NCBI GenBank assembly: GCA_963714085.1
Contig: OY970229.1
Span: forward strand, 1,152,001 to 1,216,000
Length of the DNA stretch: 64,000 nucleotides
Direction of reading: 5' to 3'
DNA from: an uncultured Candidatus Micrarchaeota archaeon
Lineage (GTDB): Archaea; Micrarchaeota; Micrarchaeia; Anstonellales; Bilamarchaeaceae
A model generated the notes under the pieces. It ran no database searches and was not told the DNA's origin. It saw only the letters and a program-made list of their open reading frames with translations. Each line of letters begins with the position of its first letter. Positions within the stretch are counted from its first letter, which is position 1. Positions 1-10,670 of this stretch are shown here, piece after piece. A program made the position numbers and the translations under genes.

Positions 1-90
1 GCCAAAGCGCTCGCCAAGACGTTCAATGTCCATCCCGACGAGCTGCTGGAGATACTCCCGAACGGGAAATCCAAAATCTCCAATAAATGA
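1..90 (+). CDS. 3' end of a truncated gene (AKALAKTFNVHPDELLEILPNGKSKISNK*), possibly HTH-like
   Basis: Open frame from base 1 to TGA at 88-90 with host-like codons; too short to classify. Confidence 0.4.
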   Translation, partial: AKALAKTFNVHPDELLEILPNGKSKISNK

Positions 91-133
91 AGCAATAAAA
101 GAATTCCCTTTCCAATAGGCGTATCGTGGGGCT

Positions 134-3046
134 ATGGCGGGAAGGATCGAGATAGGCATAAACAGCGGGGTGCGCGACGTCACGGCGGAGCAGATGCAGC
201 GCCGCATAAAGGCGGAGCTGAAGAAAGACGCCGCCTGCAGCTTCATAGAGGCCTATAGCATAGACGCGGACCTCACCGAGCAGGAGCTCGAGAGGCTCGG
301 GAAGGATGTCTTCACGGACAGCGTCATCCAGCACTTCTCCTATAAAGGATCCCTGCAGCCGGACTCCTGGCGCGTGGAGATCGGATTCCTGCCAGGCGTG
401 ACCGACAACGTGGGCAAGACCGCGAAGGAGGCCATAGCCGACGCGCTCGGCAAGGACGTGGACGTCTACTACAGCAGGATATACGCGCTCAAGGGGAGCC
501 TCGACGAGGAGGACTGCGGGAAGGTCGCGGGGATGGTGCACAACCCGCTCGTGGAGAAATACGTGCTCCGCCAGCCCGGCAGCCAGTCCGAGCCCTACAT
601 CCCCAAGGTAATCATCCATCACGAGCCCAACGTGGAGCACGTCTCTTTGCACATGTCCGAGGCCAGGTGGATGCAGCTCTCCAAGGAGAGGACGCTCGCC
701 CTTGGCATAGCCGAGTTCCGCGCCATACAGAGGCACTTCAAGGGGGAGCGGGTCCAGGAGCAGAGGAAGGAGGTCGGCCTGGACAGCAAGATAACCGACG
801 TTGAGCTGGAGCTGCTCGCCCAGACCTGGTCAGAGCACTGCAAGCACAAGATATTCAACGCGGACATAAGCTACCTCGAGAACGGGGAGACCACGGCCAT
901 AAACTCGCTCTTCAATACGTTCATACGCGGCGCCACGGAACAGATAAAGAAGCCCTATGTCGTGAGCGTGTTCAAGGACAATGGGGGCATAATCAAGTTC
1001 AACCACGAATACGACATCGCGGTGAAGGTCGAGACACACAACGCGCCCTCGGCGCTAGACCCGTACGGAGGCGCTTTGACCGGCGTGCTCGGGGTGCAGC
1101 GCGACGTGCTCGGCACAGGCCTCGGGGCAAACCCGATCGCGAACACGGACGTGCTCTGCTTCGGGCTCCTGGACGAGACCGAAGTGCCCAAGGGCGCGCT
1201 CCACCCGCGCAGGATATACGACGGGGTCACCAAGGGCATAGAGCACGGCGGCAACAAGATGGGCATACCGACCGTGAACGGCTCCATAATATTCGACAGG
1301 GATTTCACGTGCAGGCCGCTGGTGTACTGCGGGACCATAGGCATCATGCCCTCGAAGATAGGCGAGCGGCGCACGTCCGAGAAGCAGATATTCCCCGGCG
1401 ACCTGGCGGTGATGGCAGGCGGCAGGATAGGCAAGGACGGCATACACGGGGCGACCTTCTCCTCGCAGCAGATCGACCAGCACACGCCGCAGTCCGTGGT
1501 GCAGATCGGGGATCCGATAACCCAGAAGAAGATGCTGGACTTCGTGCTTGAGGCCAGGGACGCCCTGCTCTACAACGCGATAACGGACAACGGCGCCGGC
1601 GGCCTCTCATCCAGCATCGGCGAGCTCGCGCAGCTCTCCGGCGGCTGCGAGATATACCTGGACAAATGCCCGCTGAAATACCCCGGGCTGGACCCCTGGG
1701 AGATCCTCGTCTCAGAATCCCAGGAGCGCATGACCCTCGCCGTGCCATCCGGCAACATGGAGAAGCTCACCCTGCTCGCCCAGAAGCACGGCGTGGAGAT
1801 AAGCGTGGTGGGCAAGTTCACGAGCAGCAGGAAGCTGCACGCCTTCTACAGGGACAAGACCGTGGCCTACATAGATCTCAAGTTCCTGCACGACGGCGTC
1901 CCCCAGTACAAGCTCGAAGCCGAGTGGAAACCGAGGCCGTTCCCCGAGCCGCAGATAAAGGAGACTGACCTGGGCGTCATACTCAAGATGCTCCTTTCCT
2001 CCCCCAACATAACGACCAAGGAGCCGGTGATACGGCGCTACGACCACGAGGTCAAAGGAGAGAGCATAATCAAGCCGCTCATGCGCGGTCCGAGCGACGC
2101 CGCGGTGATCAAGCCGCTCTACAGCTCGTGGGAGGGCCTCGCCATATCGCATGGCATATGCCCCAAGTTCGTGCAGGACAGCTACGCCATGTCCTCCCTC
2201 GCCTTCGACGAGGCGGTGAGGAACGCAATCGCCGTGGGAGCGAAGTTCGGCTATCTCGCGTGCCTGGACAACTTCTCCTGGCCAGACCCGGTCAAGTCCG
2301 AGAAGACCCCTGACGGCGAGCTCAAGCTGGCGCAGCTGGTGCGTGCATGCCTCGCGCTCTACGACTGCGCGACCACGTACGGGATCCCGATAATATCCGG
2401 GAAGGACAGCATGAAGAACGACTATTACTCCGGCGACCGGAAATATTCCATACCGCCAACCCTGCTCATCACCGTGGTGGGCAAGATGGACGACGTGCGC
2501 AAGGCCGTGACGTCCGAGTTCAAGGCCCCGGGCGATTCGATATATCTCCTGGGCATGACCCGGGACGAGCTCGGGGGAAGCGATTACTACCGGCTCTTCG
2601 GGGGCGTGGGCAACAACCCGCCCAAGGCGCGCCCGGCCGAGCACACGCCGATATACAGGGCGCTCGGGACCGCGATGGAGGCCGGGCTGGTCGCGTCCGC
2701 CCACGACGTCTCGGACGGAGGGGTCGCGGTCGCGCTCTCCGAGTCCGCGATAGGCGGCGACGTGGGCGCGGACCTGGACGTAAGCCTCATGCCGCGGGAC
2801 ACCGAGAAGGAGGACGCGCTGCTCTTCTCCGAGAGCCCGGGCAGGCTCGTGGTCTCGGTCGCGGAGGCCAACTGCGCCCGCTTCGAGGCCGCGATGAAGG
2901 GCTGCATCTGCGCCAAGGTCGGCCGCGTGCGCGGGGACCACCGCGTGATAATACGCAAAGAGGACAAGTCCGTGGTGAACGCGCTAGTCGAGGACCTCAG
3001 GGTCCTGTGGAACAACGGGCCGGAGAAGCCCGCCCCGAGGCTATGA
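134..3046 (+). CDS. purL: Phosphoribosylformylglycinamidine synthase PurL with N-terminal PurS-like extension
   Basis: AQTWSEHCKHK, KVETHNAPS, DNGAGGLSS, ILVSESQERM and GKDS motifs; N-terminal LPGVTDNVG region resembles PurS. Confidence 0.95.
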   Translation: MAGRIEIGINSGVRDVTAEQMQRRIKAELKKDAACSFIEAYSIDADLTEQELERLGKDVFTDSVIQHFSYKGSLQPDSWRVEIGFLPGVTDNVGKTAKEAIADALGKDVDVYYSRIYALKGSLDEEDCGKVAGMVHNPLVEKYVLRQPGSQSEPYIPKVIIHHEPNVEHVSLHMSEARWMQLSKERTLALGIAEFRAIQRHFKGERVQEQRKEVGLDSKITDVELELLAQTWSEHCKHKIFNADISYLENGETTAINSLFNTFIRGATEQIKKPYVVSVFKDNGGIIKFNHEYDIAVKVETHNAPSALDPYGGALTGVLGVQRDVLGTGLGANPIANTDVLCFGLLDETEVPKGALHPRRIYDGVTKGIEHGGNKMGIPTVNGSIIFDRDFTCRPLVYCGTIGIMPSKIGERRTSEKQIFPGDLAVMAGGRIGKDGIHGATFSSQQIDQHTPQSVVQIGDPITQKKMLDFVLEARDALLYNAITDNGAGGLSSSIGELAQLSGGCEIYLDKCPLKYPGLDPWEILVSESQERMTLAVPSGNMEKLTLLAQKHGVEISVVGKFTSSRKLHAFYRDKTVAYIDLKFLHDGVPQYKLEAEWKPRPFPEPQIKETDLGVILKMLLSSPNITTKEPVIRRYDHEVKGESIIKPLMRGPSDAAVIKPLYSSWEGLAISHGICPKFVQDSYAMSSLAFDEAVRNAIAVGAKFGYLACLDNFSWPDPVKSEKTPDGELKLAQLVRACLALYDCATTYGIPIISGKDSMKNDYYSGDRKYSIPPTLLITVVGKMDDVRKAVTSEFKAPGDSIYLLGMTRDELGGSDYYRLFGGVGNNPPKARPAEHTPIYRALGTAMEAGLVASAHDVSDGGVAVALSESAIGGDVGADLDVSLMPRDTEKEDALLFSESPGRLVVSVAEANCARFEAAMKGCICAKVGRVRGDHRVIIRKEDKSVVNALVEDLRVLWNNGPEKPAPRL

Positions 3047-3050
3047 TGAA

Positions 3051-4775
3051 ATGCTTTCTGAAATAAAGGACGAGGCCGCCAGCCTGCTTCATGCGGCGTG
3101 CGGGAAAAAGATCACCGAAGAGGAGGTCGCGCGGACGATGGAGCCGGGCAAGGAGGGCTTCGGCGACCTGGCGAGCAAGCTCGCGTTCTCCCTCGCGCCG
3201 ATTGAGAAAAAGAGCCCGGTGGAGATCGCGAAGGACATCGTCGCCAAGGTTCCCAAATCCAAATTCTTCTCGAAAGTGGAGGCGGTCGGCCCATACGTCA
3301 ACCTTTACATGAGCGACGCGGCCTACTCGTTCGCGCTGCAGAAAATCATGAAGCAGGGGACGAAGTTCGGGCGCGGGAAGAAGACCGGCAAGAAGATGAT
3401 GGTGGAATATTTCCACGCGAACACGCACAAGGGGGTGCACATCGGGCACATAAGGAACATCTCGCTCGGCGAGTCCGTGTGCAGGCTCCTGGAATTCTCA
3501 GGCAACAAAGTGATACGCGCGAACTATCAGGGAGACATCGGCCCGCACGTGGCCAAGTGCCTCTGGGGCTTCATCAACCTCTATGGCGGGAAGGCGCCTG
3601 AGGAGAAACGCGGCATATGGCTCGGCAAAGTCTATGCCGAGGCGTCGCAGAAAACCAAGGGCAACCCGGAGCTTGAGAAGCAGGTGCAGGACATAAACCT
3701 GAAGCTCTATTCCGGGGACAAGGAGATGACCCGGCTGTGGAAGGAGACCAGGCAGTGGTGCCTGGACGACTTCGAGGAGTTCTACAAGGTGTTCGGAGTC
3801 AAGTTCGACGCGTTCTATTTCGAGAGCCAGGTGGAAAAGCTCGGCAAGGAGACCGTGTTGAGGATACTGGACCAGGGCATAGCCAGGAAGGACCAGGGCG
3901 CGATAATAATGGACCTCAAGGGCGACGGCCTCGGCGTCTACGTGCTGCTCACGAAGGAGGGCTACCCGCTCTACTACGCGAAAGAGCTCGGCCTGGTCCA
4001 GATGCAGTTCGGCAAGTACGACCCCGACAGGCTGATCCACGTGGTCGGCAAGGAGCAGGAGCTCTACTTCAAGCAGCTGTTCAAGACCTTCGAGAGGATA
4101 GGCGCGGCCGGGGACAAGCTGTTCGAAAAAGCCGCACGCGCGTCTTATCATCTCATCTACGAGCTCGTCATGCTGCCTGAAGGCAAGATGTCCTCGCGCG
4201 AGGGCACGATGGTCCTCTACGAGGACCTGAAGGACAAGCTGCTGGAAATCGTGAAGGGCGAGGTCAGGAAGAGGCACGCTGACTGGGACGAAAAGAAAGT
4301 CGCAGAGACCGCGCTTTCCATAACGCTCGCCGCCATAAAATTCACCATGGTCCGCAGGGAGAGCAACAGGCAGCTCATATTCGACTGGGACGCGGCGCTC
4401 AGCCTGGAGGGCGACTCGGGCCCGTACCTGCAGTACGCCTATGTGCGCACGAACGGCATACTCAGGAAGGCTGAGTTCAAGCCGCAGATCGCCAAGGGCT
4501 ATGCGTTCACGGCGCAGGAGAAGACGCTGATAAAGCAGCTCTGCCAGTTCCCGGATTCCGTAGAAGGCGCGGCTTCGACCCTGTCTCCGCACGTTCTCTG
4601 CGGCTACCTGCTGGAGCTGGCCGCGGAGCTGAACAGGTTCTACACCACGTCGCGCGTGCTGAACGCGGAAACTGACGAGGAGAAACAGACCAGGCTCGCG
4701 ATGATCGCGGCGACCAATTCCGTGCTCTGGAGCTCCCTGGACCTGCTCGGCATAGGGACCCCGGAGAGGATGTGA
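3051..4775 (+). CDS. argS: Arginine--tRNA ligase
   Basis: HIGH motif (VHIGHIRN), KMSSREG, GDSGPYLQYAYVR, C-terminal PERM. Confidence 0.97.
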   Translation: MLSEIKDEAASLLHAACGKKITEEEVARTMEPGKEGFGDLASKLAFSLAPIEKKSPVEIAKDIVAKVPKSKFFSKVEAVGPYVNLYMSDAAYSFALQKIMKQGTKFGRGKKTGKKMMVEYFHANTHKGVHIGHIRNISLGESVCRLLEFSGNKVIRANYQGDIGPHVAKCLWGFINLYGGKAPEEKRGIWLGKVYAEASQKTKGNPELEKQVQDINLKLYSGDKEMTRLWKETRQWCLDDFEEFYKVFGVKFDAFYFESQVEKLGKETVLRILDQGIARKDQGAIIMDLKGDGLGVYVLLTKEGYPLYYAKELGLVQMQFGKYDPDRLIHVVGKEQELYFKQLFKTFERIGAAGDKLFEKAARASYHLIYELVMLPEGKMSSREGTMVLYEDLKDKLLEIVKGEVRKRHADWDEKKVAETALSITLAAIKFTMVRRESNRQLIFDWDAALSLEGDSGPYLQYAYVRTNGILRKAEFKPQIAKGYAFTAQEKTLIKQLCQFPDSVEGAASTLSPHVLCGYLLELAAELNRFYTTSRVLNAETDEEKQTRLAMIAATNSVLWSSLDLLGIGTPERM

Positions 4776-4874
4776 ACGAAAAACATTTTGCCATGCCTGC
4801 CCGCATCGCCAGCAGTCGCGACTGCGAGCATACCTGCTAGCGGTCTTCATCAAGTCAAAGCGCCTGAAACTCCT

Positions 4875-6158
4875 TCAGCCGCTGCCTGCTTCATTTCCAG
4901 CTGATCTAAACCGGGAGCCTTCAAAATCGAATGTCGAGAGGTAATCGGAAATCCGCTCAGCCCTCCGTATCATCCTGAATTCCCCATCTTCTGTCAAAAG
5001 GAATTCTGCGCATCTTAGTTTTCCATTGTACTGGAATCCCATTGCATATCCATGGGCACCGGCATCATGGAAAACGAGGACATCCCCATTCCTTATTTCA
5101 GGAAGGTCCCGGTCGATTGCGAATTTGTCGTTATTTTCACAAAGCGAACCAGTGACATCATACCGATAGTCCCTGGGTTGTTCCTCTTTCCCCAGGACCG
5201 TGATGTGATGATATGCGCCGTAAAGCGCAGGCCTCATGAGGTTTGCCATGCATGCGTCCATGCCGACGTAATGCTTGTGTTTTTTGGTCACGTGCCTTAC
5301 GGCTGAAACAAGGTAGCCGTGCGGTCCGGTGATAAGCCTTCCGCATTCCATAAAAAGCTGCGGCAGAGAGGCAAAGGCACCGGCCAGCTTCGCATACTCT
5401 TCCTGTATGCCCTTTGAAACAAGTTGAAGGTCAACCGCCTTCTGCTCTGGTTTGTAGGGGATCCCTATGCCTCCGCCGGTGTTGATGAATCCGACGGATA
5501 TCCCCTGCTCTGAAAGCTTGGCCGAAATCCCAAGAAGCATTTTTGCGGTATCAACGAAATACTGCGGGTTCAGCTCGTTAGATGCGATCATGGTATGCAA
5601 TCCGAATTTGCGTATCCCTCTCGAAAACGCCTCGTGGTACGCATCGAATATCTGGTCGCCAGGCACGCCGTATTTTGCTTCTTCCGGCTTTCCTATGATC
5701 GCGTTCCCTTCCCTTGAAGCTCCAGGATTATACCTGAAGCATATCAGGTCTGGCAGCCCGGCATGGGTCTCAAGAAAACCAAGGTGGGTTATGTCGTCAA
5801 GGTTTATTATCGCGCCGAGCGCCTTTGCATGGACAAACTCCCCTGCCGGGGTATCATTTGAAGTGAACATTATGTCGTGTCCTCTCATTCCGACCATTTC
5901 CGCCAACCTGAGCTCCGGCAGGGAACTGCAGTCAGCCCCGAAACCTTCATTTTTCAGGATTTCCAGTATATGGGGATTCGGGCAGGCCTTTACTGCGAAG
6001 TAGTTCCTGAAACCCCCAGAAACCCATGAAAAAACTTCATTCAATCCCCGCGCCGTTTCTTTCATGCCTTTTTCATCGTAGATGTAGAACGGAGTCGGAT
6101 GCTTCTTCGCAAGGTCCTGTACTTGTTCTTTTGTGAAAGGTAGGGTTTTTTGTTTCAT
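4875..6158 (-). CDS. lysA: Diaminopimelate decarboxylase
   Basis: YFAVKACPN (PLP lysine), GGGIG, ECGR, GSLCENND, GAHG motifs. Confidence 0.95.
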   Translation of the reverse strand: MKQKTLPFTKEQVQDLAKKHPTPFYIYDEKGMKETARGLNEVFSWVSGGFRNYFAVKACPNPHILEILKNEGFGADCSSLPELRLAEMVGMRGHDIMFTSNDTPAGEFVHAKALGAIINLDDITHLGFLETHAGLPDLICFRYNPGASREGNAIIGKPEEAKYGVPGDQIFDAYHEAFSRGIRKFGLHTMIASNELNPQYFVDTAKMLLGISAKLSEQGISVGFINTGGGIGIPYKPEQKAVDLQLVSKGIQEEYAKLAGAFASLPQLFMECGRLITGPHGYLVSAVRHVTKKHKHYVGMDACMANLMRPALYGAYHHITVLGKEEQPRDYRYDVTGSLCENNDKFAIDRDLPEIRNGDVLVFHDAGAHGYAMGFQYNGKLRCAEFLLTEDGEFRMIRRAERISDYLSTFDFEGSRFRSAGNEAGSG

Positions 6159-6195
6159 TTTAATACCCGTTCTACTACTGCATCAATAATTTTAA

Positions 6196-7492
6196 ATGCG
6201 TTAGGCCCGGGAAATCCAACGTCTTCAGACGTTGGATGAAAGGGCCGGATCTGCTCAGCTCCGTCGAGCACCGCGGAAATCCACCCGGGCAACGCTTATA
6301 AACGACCTTTCCGGCAAATCCTTATGAGAGTGACGCGGGCCTGGAAGTACCGGCTCTATCCTTCAAGAAGTCAGGAAAAATTGCTGAACCGTCAGTTCTA
6401 CGAATGCAAAACACTCTGGAATTCCTTGCTGGATCACACAAAGGAATATTACGAGGAAACAAAGAAATTCCCGACTCGAAAGCAACTCTATACTCTGGCA
6501 AAGGATACGGGGCTTTATTCCCAGGTAGCCCAGAACGTCGCAGACAGGCTTGTGAAATCCCTGAAGGGGGTGATTGCCAGGAAAAAAGCCGGCAGGAAGG
6601 CAGGATTCCCACGGTTCAAATCATTTGAACGGGTGAAATCCCTGACCTATCCTCAGTTCGGTTTCAAGCTCAAAAACAAGCTGGAGCTGTCAGGGATTGG
6701 AAGCGTGGCAATCAGGAAACACAGGGAGATGGATGGTGAGATCAAGACCCTGACCATAAAGAAATCCCCTTCAGGGAAGTGGCATGCGATTTTCACGACC
6801 GAATCCGAAAGAAAGGCACCAGAGAGAAACAAAATGCCGAAAGTAGGGATTGACCTGGGGATAGAAACATTCGCCTATTTGAGCGACGGCTCAAGGGTAG
6901 AGAACCCGCGCAATCTCAGATTGGCAGAGGCCAGACTGAAGCTCGCCCAGAGGCGGATGTCGAACAGGAAGAAGGGCAGCTTGAACAGGGCCAAAGCCAG
7001 AAAAGAGGTTGCGATCGCATACGAGAGATTAACGGACAAGAGGAGGGATTTCCTGCACAAGGCAAGCCGCGCTCTTGTGGAGAATCATTCGCTCATAGCC
7101 ATGGAAGCGCTGAGCAACGAAGGGTTGGCGCGGGGTTTCCTGGCTAAAGAGGTATTGGACTGCAGCTGGGCGGAATTCGCCAGCATGATCAGCTACAAGG
7201 CGGAAGGAGCTGGTTGCGAAGTCGTGCTGGTTGACCCTGCTTACACCTCGCAGAGGTGCAGCAGCTGCGGCCTGATACGGAAGAAAACGCTGGCTGAGAG
7301 GTGGCACGATTGCACCTGCGGTGCATCCATGCACAGGGACCTCAATGCGGCGATGAACATACTCCAACGAGCTACTGGTGGAACGCCAGGAAGTCAGGCC
7401 TGCGGAGAAGAGACCTCTATCCGTTATAAACATAACGGGCAAGTATCTTCAATGAAACAGGAAGCCCACGCCTTTAGGCGTGGGTAGTTCAC
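6196..7492 (+). mobile_element. IS200/IS605-family tnpB-only element, family A copy 1 (1297 bp)
   Basis: Left-end hairpin ATCCAACGTC-TTCA-GACGTTGGAT; right-end hairpin CCCACGCC-TTTA-GGCGTGGG followed by TCAC; preceded by TTTAA; colinear with the copy at 27384-28680. Confidence 0.92.
6324..7487 (+). CDS. tnpB: RNA-guided endonuclease TnpB
   Basis: N-terminal KYRLYP HTH, RuvC GIDLG / MEAL / RDLNAA, CxxC...CxC zinc ribbon. Confidence 0.95.
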   Translation: MRVTRAWKYRLYPSRSQEKLLNRQFYECKTLWNSLLDHTKEYYEETKKFPTRKQLYTLAKDTGLYSQVAQNVADRLVKSLKGVIARKKAGRKAGFPRFKSFERVKSLTYPQFGFKLKNKLELSGIGSVAIRKHREMDGEIKTLTIKKSPSGKWHAIFTTESERKAPERNKMPKVGIDLGIETFAYLSDGSRVENPRNLRLAEARLKLAQRRMSNRKKGSLNRAKARKEVAIAYERLTDKRRDFLHKASRALVENHSLIAMEALSNEGLARGFLAKEVLDCSWAEFASMISYKAEGAGCEVVLVDPAYTSQRCSSCGLIRKKTLAERWHDCTCGASMHRDLNAAMNILQRATGGTPGSQACGEETSIRYKHNGQVSSMKQEAHAFRRG

Positions 7493-7535
7493 ATAGTGTA
7501 GACACGGCTAAAGAAGTGGAACGATTCCTGGGAAT

Positions 7536-8279
7536 TCATCCCCTTATGAATTTCAGCGTCTTTTCGAGGTCGCGCTTGAAGCCGCGCTTTTCAAAATACT
7601 TCAGGACTATCCCCACGTCGCGCTCGAGGAATTTCTGCGCTGCCGGGTGCTCGAGCACCACTCCCTGCCCGAAGTCTATGAGGAACGGCTGCGGGCCCAT
7701 GAGTATGTTGTATTCGCTCACGTCCGCGTGCACTAAGCCGACCCTGTACATCGCCCTGATGTCCTGCAGTATTGAATCCAGGTCCTTCTCGCCATGCAGC
7801 GGGCCCGATTGCTCCATTGTGGGGTACGGCAGCCCCTCCTCCCCCAGGAAGCTCATGATCAGCACATGGCCGTCCACATAGAGCGGCCTCGGCGCATGGA
7901 CATTGGCCTTGTCGCAGAGCTCCAGGTTCTTGAACTCCTTGTGGGCGAAGGCGCCGGCGATGCCCCGGTCGTTCATCTTGATGTTCCTGAACCTCGGATC
8001 GGCCTCCAGATAGCCGGATTTGCGGAAGAACGGCGCGGTCTCTATCTTGTATATCTTCACCGCCACATAAGCTCCGGACGCGGCCGTGGCGCGGAACACG
8101 TTGGCCTCCTTCCCGGTGGACACCGGGTAGTCCACGGTGTCTATTATCCCTTTCTTTATCGCCTTGGAGAGGATCAGCAGCGTCTGACGGTCGAACACCT
8201 CAGACTCTATCTTGAAGCGTTCCTTGAGCTGGTAGTCCTCCTTCAGCGGTTTTTTTCTTTTGGATACCTTGTGAGCCAT
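7536..8279 (-). CDS. rio1: RIO1-family Ser/Thr kinase
   Basis: STGKEANVF, AVKIY, VHADVSEYNIL, IDFGQGV; an alternative TTG start lies at 8306. Confidence 0.93.
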   Translation of the reverse strand: MAHKVSKRKKPLKEDYQLKERFKIESEVFDRQTLLILSKAIKKGIIDTVDYPVSTGKEANVFRATAASGAYVAVKIYKIETAPFFRKSGYLEADPRFRNIKMNDRGIAGAFAHKEFKNLELCDKANVHAPRPLYVDGHVLIMSFLGEEGLPYPTMEQSGPLHGEKDLDSILQDIRAMYRVGLVHADVSEYNILMGPQPFLIDFGQGVVLEHPAAQKFLERDVGIVLKYFEKRGFKRDLEKTLKFIRG

Positions 8280-8397
8280 AGTAAACCAGGTATCCCTCTC
8301 AGCCAATGATTAAAATGCCGTTGTTCCGCGCCGCCCGGAGAAGGTGGCTGCCGGGGGCTGGCCAAGTATGTCGATAAGCCCTGCCGATTAGTCTGCC

Positions 8398-8748
8398 TCA
8401 GAGGTTGATTTCTCCTCTTTCCTTCAGTATCTTGGCCTGGAGCGGGTTGTACCTCCAGACTATGTCGCCCTTCTTGTCCGCCTCTATCTCGTAGGGCCGG
8501 ATTATGACCACGTCGCCTTCGCGCACCCATATCTTGTTGCGCATCTTGCCCGGGATCCTGCACATGCGCTCCTTCCCGTCCTTGCACATCACCTTCATGC
8601 GCGAGCCGCCCATGAGCCCGAGCACGATGCCCAGCAGCTCGCCCTCGCCGGGCATCCTTATCCTCCTGAACTCCTCCGCCTCGGACACCGGTCCGGTCCT
8701 CGCCGGCATCGGCCTCCTGTATCCCCCGCTATGATGGTGGTATGCCAA
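8398..8748 (-). CDS. eif1a: Translation initiation factor aIF-1A
   Basis: CKDGKERMCRIPGKMRNKIWVREGDVV, GDIVWRY. Confidence 0.95.
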   Translation of the reverse strand: MAYHHHSGGYRRPMPARTGPVSEAEEFRRIRMPGEGELLGIVLGLMGGSRMKVMCKDGKERMCRIPGKMRNKIWVREGDVVIIRPYEIEADKKGDIVWRYNPLQAKILKERGEINL

Positions 8749-8752
8749 TAAA

Positions 8753-9175
8753 TCATCCCTTTATGGGCGCCCTCGCGCCGCAGCTCTCGCACACCAGCTG
8801 CCTGAAGCCGTGGCCCATCTCCTGTATGTTGGTGTCGGGCCTCTTGCACTCCTTGCAGATGACGTACCTGCTGACGAAATCCTCCAGCTTGGAGTTCACC
8901 ATGTCGCCGGTGAGCCTCCTGGCGAGCACCATGCGCTCGCCCTGCTGCTCCGCAGGCACGGCAAGCTCCTTGGAGAAGAACTTGATGAGCATGGACGGTT
9001 CCCTCCGTATCTTGTCCGCCACGGCCTTGAAGTTCTTGACTATGGTCTTGTTGCCCTCGGTGAAGTACTCGAATTTGGGCATCTCGAACCTCTCGCCGCT
9101 GTGCTTCGCCTTCTCCGGAAGGTTCTTGTAGACGTTGTCGAGCAACTGCTCGTATTCCTTCTGCTCGTCAGCCAT
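8753..9175 (-). CDS. eif2b: Translation initiation factor aIF-2 subunit beta
   Basis: ERFEMP, GNKT, CKECKRPDT...CESCGA zinc ribbon. Confidence 0.95.
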   Translation of the reverse strand: MADEQKEYEQLLDNVYKNLPEKAKHSGERFEMPKFEYFTEGNKTIVKNFKAVADKIRREPSMLIKFFSKELAVPAEQQGERMVLARRLTGDMVNSKLEDFVSRYVICKECKRPDTNIQEMGHGFRQLVCESCGARAPIKG

Positions 9176-9221
9176 GAAATGGATTAACGGGGATAGAGTT
9201 TAAAAATAGACGATACCCGCG

Positions 9222-10481
9222 TCACGTCCCTTCCTGCCAGCTGTGGAGGTACTTGTCCTGCTCCTTGGTGAGCGTGTCCTTCCTTACGCCCATGGCCTCC
9301 AGCTGGAGCCGGGCTATGTGGTCGTCGATCTCGTCAGGGAGCTTGAGCACCTTCGCGGCCAGCTTCCCCCTGTTTTTCACCAGGTACTCGCAGGCCAGGC
9401 TCTGTCCCGCGAACGAGGTCGCCATGACCTCGGGCGGATGGCCCTCAGCGGCAGCGAGGTTGACCAGCCGGCCCTCCCCGCACAGGTAGACCGGCTTGCC
9501 GTCCACGTCGTACTCCTCTAGCTGGGGGCGTATCGTCCTCCTCTTCCATTTCGCGTTCATTCCTTCGACGTCTATCTCGTTGTTGAAATGGCCCGAGTTC
9601 GCGAGTATGGCGCCAGGCTGCATGCTTTTCACTTCGTCGGTCGTTATCACGCGCTTGTCACCGGTCACTGTCACGAATATCTCGCCTATCTTAGCCGCCT
9701 CGGCCATGGGCATGACCCTGTAGCCGTCCAGCCTCGCCTGCATGGCGCGGAAGGCGTCGACTTCCGTGACTATCACATCAGCTCCCATGCCCCTGGCCCT
9801 GAGCGCGACCCCCTTGCCGCAGTCCCCGTAGCCGCCCACCACGAAGTTCTTCCCTGCGATGAGGGTGTTCGCGGCACGCAGCAGCCCGTCTATGGTGGAC
9901 TGCCCTGTCCCGTAGTAATTGTCCAGGCAATGCTTGGTCTTGTTGTCATTGACCGCTATCATCGGATATTTGAGCACGCCGTCCTTCTCCATGGCGTGGA
10001 GCCTGATCACTCCTGTCGTGGTCTCCTCGCAGCCGCCTATCATCTTAGGGAGCATGTCCTTGTGCTTGGTATGCATCTCCGTGACCAGGTCGCATCCGTC
10101 GTCTATGGTTATGTCCGGATTCGTTGCGATCACGGCTTCGATATACCGGTAGTAATCCTCCTTGCCTTCTCCCTTGTGGCCGTAGACCATGAAGCCGTCC
10201 TTGGCCAGGGCAGCGGCGACGTCGTCCTGCGTGCTGAGCGGATTGCAGCTCGCGAGGGCCACCTTGGCCCCCCCTGCCCGGAGCGTCCTGACCAGAACCG
10301 CGGTCTCCTTGGTGATGTGGAGCGCGAGCCCTATCGTGAGCCCCTTGAATGGCAGCTCCTTCTCGAACCGCTTCCTTATGCTCGCCATTATCGGCATGCG
10401 CATCTCGGCGTAGCCTATGTTGAGGGCGCCCTGCTCCGCGAGCTTCATATCCTTGACTTCGTAATCCTTTCCTTTGTCCAT
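9222..10481 (-). CDS. ahcY: Adenosylhomocysteinase
   Basis: SCNPLSTQD, EETTTG, DNYYGTGQS, GRLVNLAAAEGHP. Confidence 0.97.
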   Translation of the reverse strand: MDKGKDYEVKDMKLAEQGALNIGYAEMRMPIMASIRKRFEKELPFKGLTIGLALHITKETAVLVRTLRAGGAKVALASCNPLSTQDDVAAALAKDGFMVYGHKGEGKEDYYRYIEAVIATNPDITIDDGCDLVTEMHTKHKDMLPKMIGGCEETTTGVIRLHAMEKDGVLKYPMIAVNDNKTKHCLDNYYGTGQSTIDGLLRAANTLIAGKNFVVGGYGDCGKGVALRARGMGADVIVTEVDAFRAMQARLDGYRVMPMAEAAKIGEIFVTVTGDKRVITTDEVKSMQPGAILANSGHFNNEIDVEGMNAKWKRRTIRPQLEEYDVDGKPVYLCGEGRLVNLAAAEGHPPEVMATSFAGQSLACEYLVKNRGKLAAKVLKLPDEIDDHIARLQLEAMGVRKDTLTKEQDKYLHSWQEGT

Positions 10482-10670
10482 GATAACACCACACAAATAG
10501 TACTATCGGGTTTGAACGGTTGTCTTAAAAAAGCTTGAGCGGGACCTCGAACCGCGGCGAATTCCGATTGGCAACTGTCGGAGACTGTTCGAGGCATTTA
10601 CAAACTCCCAAATGTAATAGAAAGTGTAAAAAAGCGTATATTTATAAATAGTTTTGCGCATAATAACATT

